47,346 nucleotides of DNA from NCBI GenBank assembly GCA_030765405.1, contig JAVCCP010000018.1, positions 1-47,346 of the forward strand, read 5' to 3'. The position numbers and the translations under genes are program-made. The notes below the pieces were generated by a model. That model was given only the letters and a program-made list of their open reading frames with translations, had not been told where the DNA came from and did not search any database. Shown in pieces: positions 45,191 through 47,346 of this stretch (position 1 is the stretch's first letter; each line of letters opens with the position of its first letter). Source of the DNA: Candidatus Ancaeobacter aquaticus (GTDB lineage Bacteria; Auribacterota; Ancaeobacteria; Ancaeobacterales; Ancaeobacteraceae).

Positions 45191-45874
45191 ATGTTTAAAA
45201 GCATTATTAATTTTTGGAAAGGTAAAGATTTCATGTCTAAGGTGTTAGGTGATTTTGAAACTATGCTCAATGATTCCGAGACAATGTTTGTTCTGGTGAA
45301 TAAGAGATTAACGGGGGAAGATACCGAAACAGATATTAAGGATACGATCTATAAAATGGATCGTACAATCAATAAACTTCAGCGGGATATACGCAAAAGG
45401 GTTATTGAACATTTTGCGCTACAGCCAACGGTTGATATGCCTACATCGCTTATTTTAATGAGTGTTGTAAAAGATGCTGAGAGGCTCGGGGATTATGCAA
45501 AGAACTTGTATGAAGTGACCGAGCTTTTGCAAAGGCCGTATGATAAGGGGTATTACGAAGATCTCTTTGATTCTATGGATAAGAAACTTTTGGATATATT
45601 TCAGAAGACAAAGAAATGTTTTATTGATTCAGATGAGAAATTGGCACAGGAAATAGTTGATATAGAGCGTGGTATTGTTAAAGCATGTGATACAGGAATT
45701 GAAAAGCTTGCAAAAAGTAAGTTAGAGACAAATCAGGCAGTATGCTCAACGTTGACGCTTAGGTATTACAAAAGGATTTGTGCTCATCTCGGGAATATTG
45801 CCTCTTCAGTATATATGCCGCTTACTGATCTCGATCATTTTGATGAAAAAACAAGGCAAGGCGAAGTTCAATAA
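45191..45874 (+). CDS. PhoU-domain protein
   Basis: D..INKLQRDIR, KDAERLGDYAKN, YYKRICAHLGNI. Confidence 0.85.
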   Translation: MFKSIINFWKGKDFMSKVLGDFETMLNDSETMFVLVNKRLTGEDTETDIKDTIYKMDRTINKLQRDIRKRVIEHFALQPTVDMPTSLILMSVVKDAERLGDYAKNLYEVTELLQRPYDKGYYEDLFDSMDKKLLDIFQKTKKCFIDSDEKLAQEIVDIERGIVKACDTGIEKLAKSKLETNQAVCSTLTLRYYKRICAHLGNIASSVYMPLTDLDHFDEKTRQGEVQ

Positions 45875-45891
45875 TACAAGGAAGAAAATGC

Positions 45892-47199
45892 GTGAAAAGA
45901 ATATTCTTTTTCGTAGCAATACTAACAGTCAGTTTATCTATTAACGCGAGACTTTACGCAAGTGAGATAGATATCCTTGTTGAAAGGACTAAAGAAGAGA
46001 TTTCTCAAGAAACGAAGCAAGAGATAGATAGTTCGTTAGCACAAGCAAGCATTAAGCCCGCCGGAAAAAACGACCTTAAGGTGTATTGGAAACACGGCGT
46101 TCATATGAAAACGGCTGACGAAAATGTAAAAATAAAAATCGGCGGGCGTATACAGGCTGATACTGCATGGATGAAACAGGATACTGCACTGAAGGATTTA
46201 GTGGGCAAACCGGACGGAAACGCAGAGTTTAGACGGGCGCGTTTGTATATTTCGGGTGATATATATAAAGATTATTTTTTCAAAGCGCAATATGACTTTG
46301 CTGATGGAGATGCTGATTTTAAGAATGTCTATTTAGGAATGAAACATATTCCATTTATCGGCACATTTAAAGTGGGACATTTTAAAGAACCGTTTAGTCT
46401 TGAAGAGCTTACCAGTAGCAATTACATCACTTTTTTGGAACGGGGATTACCTAACGTTTTTGCACCCAGCCGAAATATGGGTCTGCAATTAAATAATACT
46501 TTGTTTGATAAAAGGCTCACTTGGGCCGCGGGTGTGTTTCGGCAGAGTGATGATTTTGGTTTTTCTGACCGAGGAGGGGGGGCTGCTACTGGACGTATTA
46601 CAGGGCTCCCTATATATAAGGAAGAGGGGAGAGTGTTGCTTCATGTCGGAGCCGCTTACAGTTTAAGGGATCCGAGAGATGATCTCCGATATAGAGAGAG
46701 ACCGGAGACACATTTATCACAACGCTACGTAGATACGTATACATTTGATGCAGACTATGTAAGTATATTGGGACTAGAAACCGCGCTTGTCTATGGTTCA
46801 TTCTCTTTGCAGAGTGAGCTAATGCAATCCTTTGTTGATCAATCACACAGCAATTCTTCGCATACGTATTTCCCCGGGGTATATGTATACGGAAGTTACT
46901 TCCTTACGGGTGAAAACAGGGCTTATCACATGAAAAGAGGATGTTTTACCCGCGTAAAACCGCTGAAGAAGTTCTCAATTAAAGATAAGACATGGGGTGC
47001 GTGGGAGGTTACTGTGCGGTACTCATATCTTGATCTTAAGGATAAGAATATTTTAGGCGGAATTGTCTCAGATGTATCTGTAGGGCTGAATTGGTATTGG
47101 AATCCATGTATGCGTGTAATGGGTAACTATGTTCACTCTAACCGTAATAGTACCGGCTCATCCGATATTCTAGAAGGTCGATTCCAGATAAATTTTTAA
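45892..47199 (+). CDS. Phosphate-selective porin (OprO/OprP family)
   Basis: Signal peptide, GGRIQAD, EFRRARL, GHFKEPFSLEELTSSNY.TFLER, GAWEV..RYS, GLNWY, terminal Phe. Confidence 0.9.
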   Translation: MKRIFFFVAILTVSLSINARLYASEIDILVERTKEEISQETKQEIDSSLAQASIKPAGKNDLKVYWKHGVHMKTADENVKIKIGGRIQADTAWMKQDTALKDLVGKPDGNAEFRRARLYISGDIYKDYFFKAQYDFADGDADFKNVYLGMKHIPFIGTFKVGHFKEPFSLEELTSSNYITFLERGLPNVFAPSRNMGLQLNNTLFDKRLTWAAGVFRQSDDFGFSDRGGGAATGRITGLPIYKEEGRVLLHVGAAYSLRDPRDDLRYRERPETHLSQRYVDTYTFDADYVSILGLETALVYGSFSLQSELMQSFVDQSHSNSSHTYFPGVYVYGSYFLTGENRAYHMKRGCFTRVKPLKKFSIKDKTWGAWEVTVRYSYLDLKDKNILGGIVSDVSVGLNWYWNPCMRVMGNYVHSNRNSTGSSDILEGRFQINF

Positions 47200-47346
47200 C
47201 AGGTGAAACCCAAGTATATTAGTAACCGGTGAGCAAAAGGGGGAATTATTTGGGAGGTAAGAGTAAATAAGGATCAATATCAGGATTATGAATATAAGCT
47301 TCTAATGTTTTCTTAAGCCATTCTTCTAAGGATCCGATCTTAAGAC

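Noticed and set aside
47200..47346. Possible gene start after the porin
   Set aside because: The ATG near 47288 closes after five codons and no continuing ORF is supported before the window ends.

Overview
AT-rich bacterial chromosomal segment from a diderm organism (OprO/P-type porin, BON, FecR, GspB-like and lipoprotein genes). SWIB, tandem ThyX and one hypothetical family loosely suggest PVC/Omnitrophota; this is inference only. About 40 mostly housekeeping or accessory CDS: RtcB, a Hrq1/MrfA-type helicase fused to a DEDD exonuclease, RmuC, HD-domain CCA enzyme, an ECF sigma/anti-sigma/RseB-like operon, a GH94 beta-1,2-oligoglucan phosphorylase-like enzyme, Zn-ADH plus LsrF-like aldolase, a zincin plus Ddl-like ATP-grasp pair, ExeA/GspB-like pair, 5'-nucleotidase, RNA modification enzymes, rubrerythrin, a divergent GT35 phosphorylase, GreA, tandem ThyX, and a phosphate locus (two Na/Pi cotransporters, PhoB/PhoR-like pair, PhoU, porin). 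Features seen in the DNA but missing from the ORF track: (i) a 723-bp internally deleted ISNCY/IS1202-like element with terminal IRs; (ii) a 273-bp MITE with 31/32-bp IRs interrupting a cupin gene; (iii) four 11-bp-period CTTCA direct repeats (PHO-box-like) before the Na/Pi-PhoU-porin operon; (iv) two tandem GGAAC-N16/17-CGT(C/A) ECF-type promoters before the ECF sigma gene; (v) an identical 28-bp heptamer block next to the RBS of two unrelated genes; (vi) a family of CACCG...CGGTG palindromes. No rRNA, tRNA or CRISPR array was recognised. All product calls come from motif recognition by eye; no database search was run.
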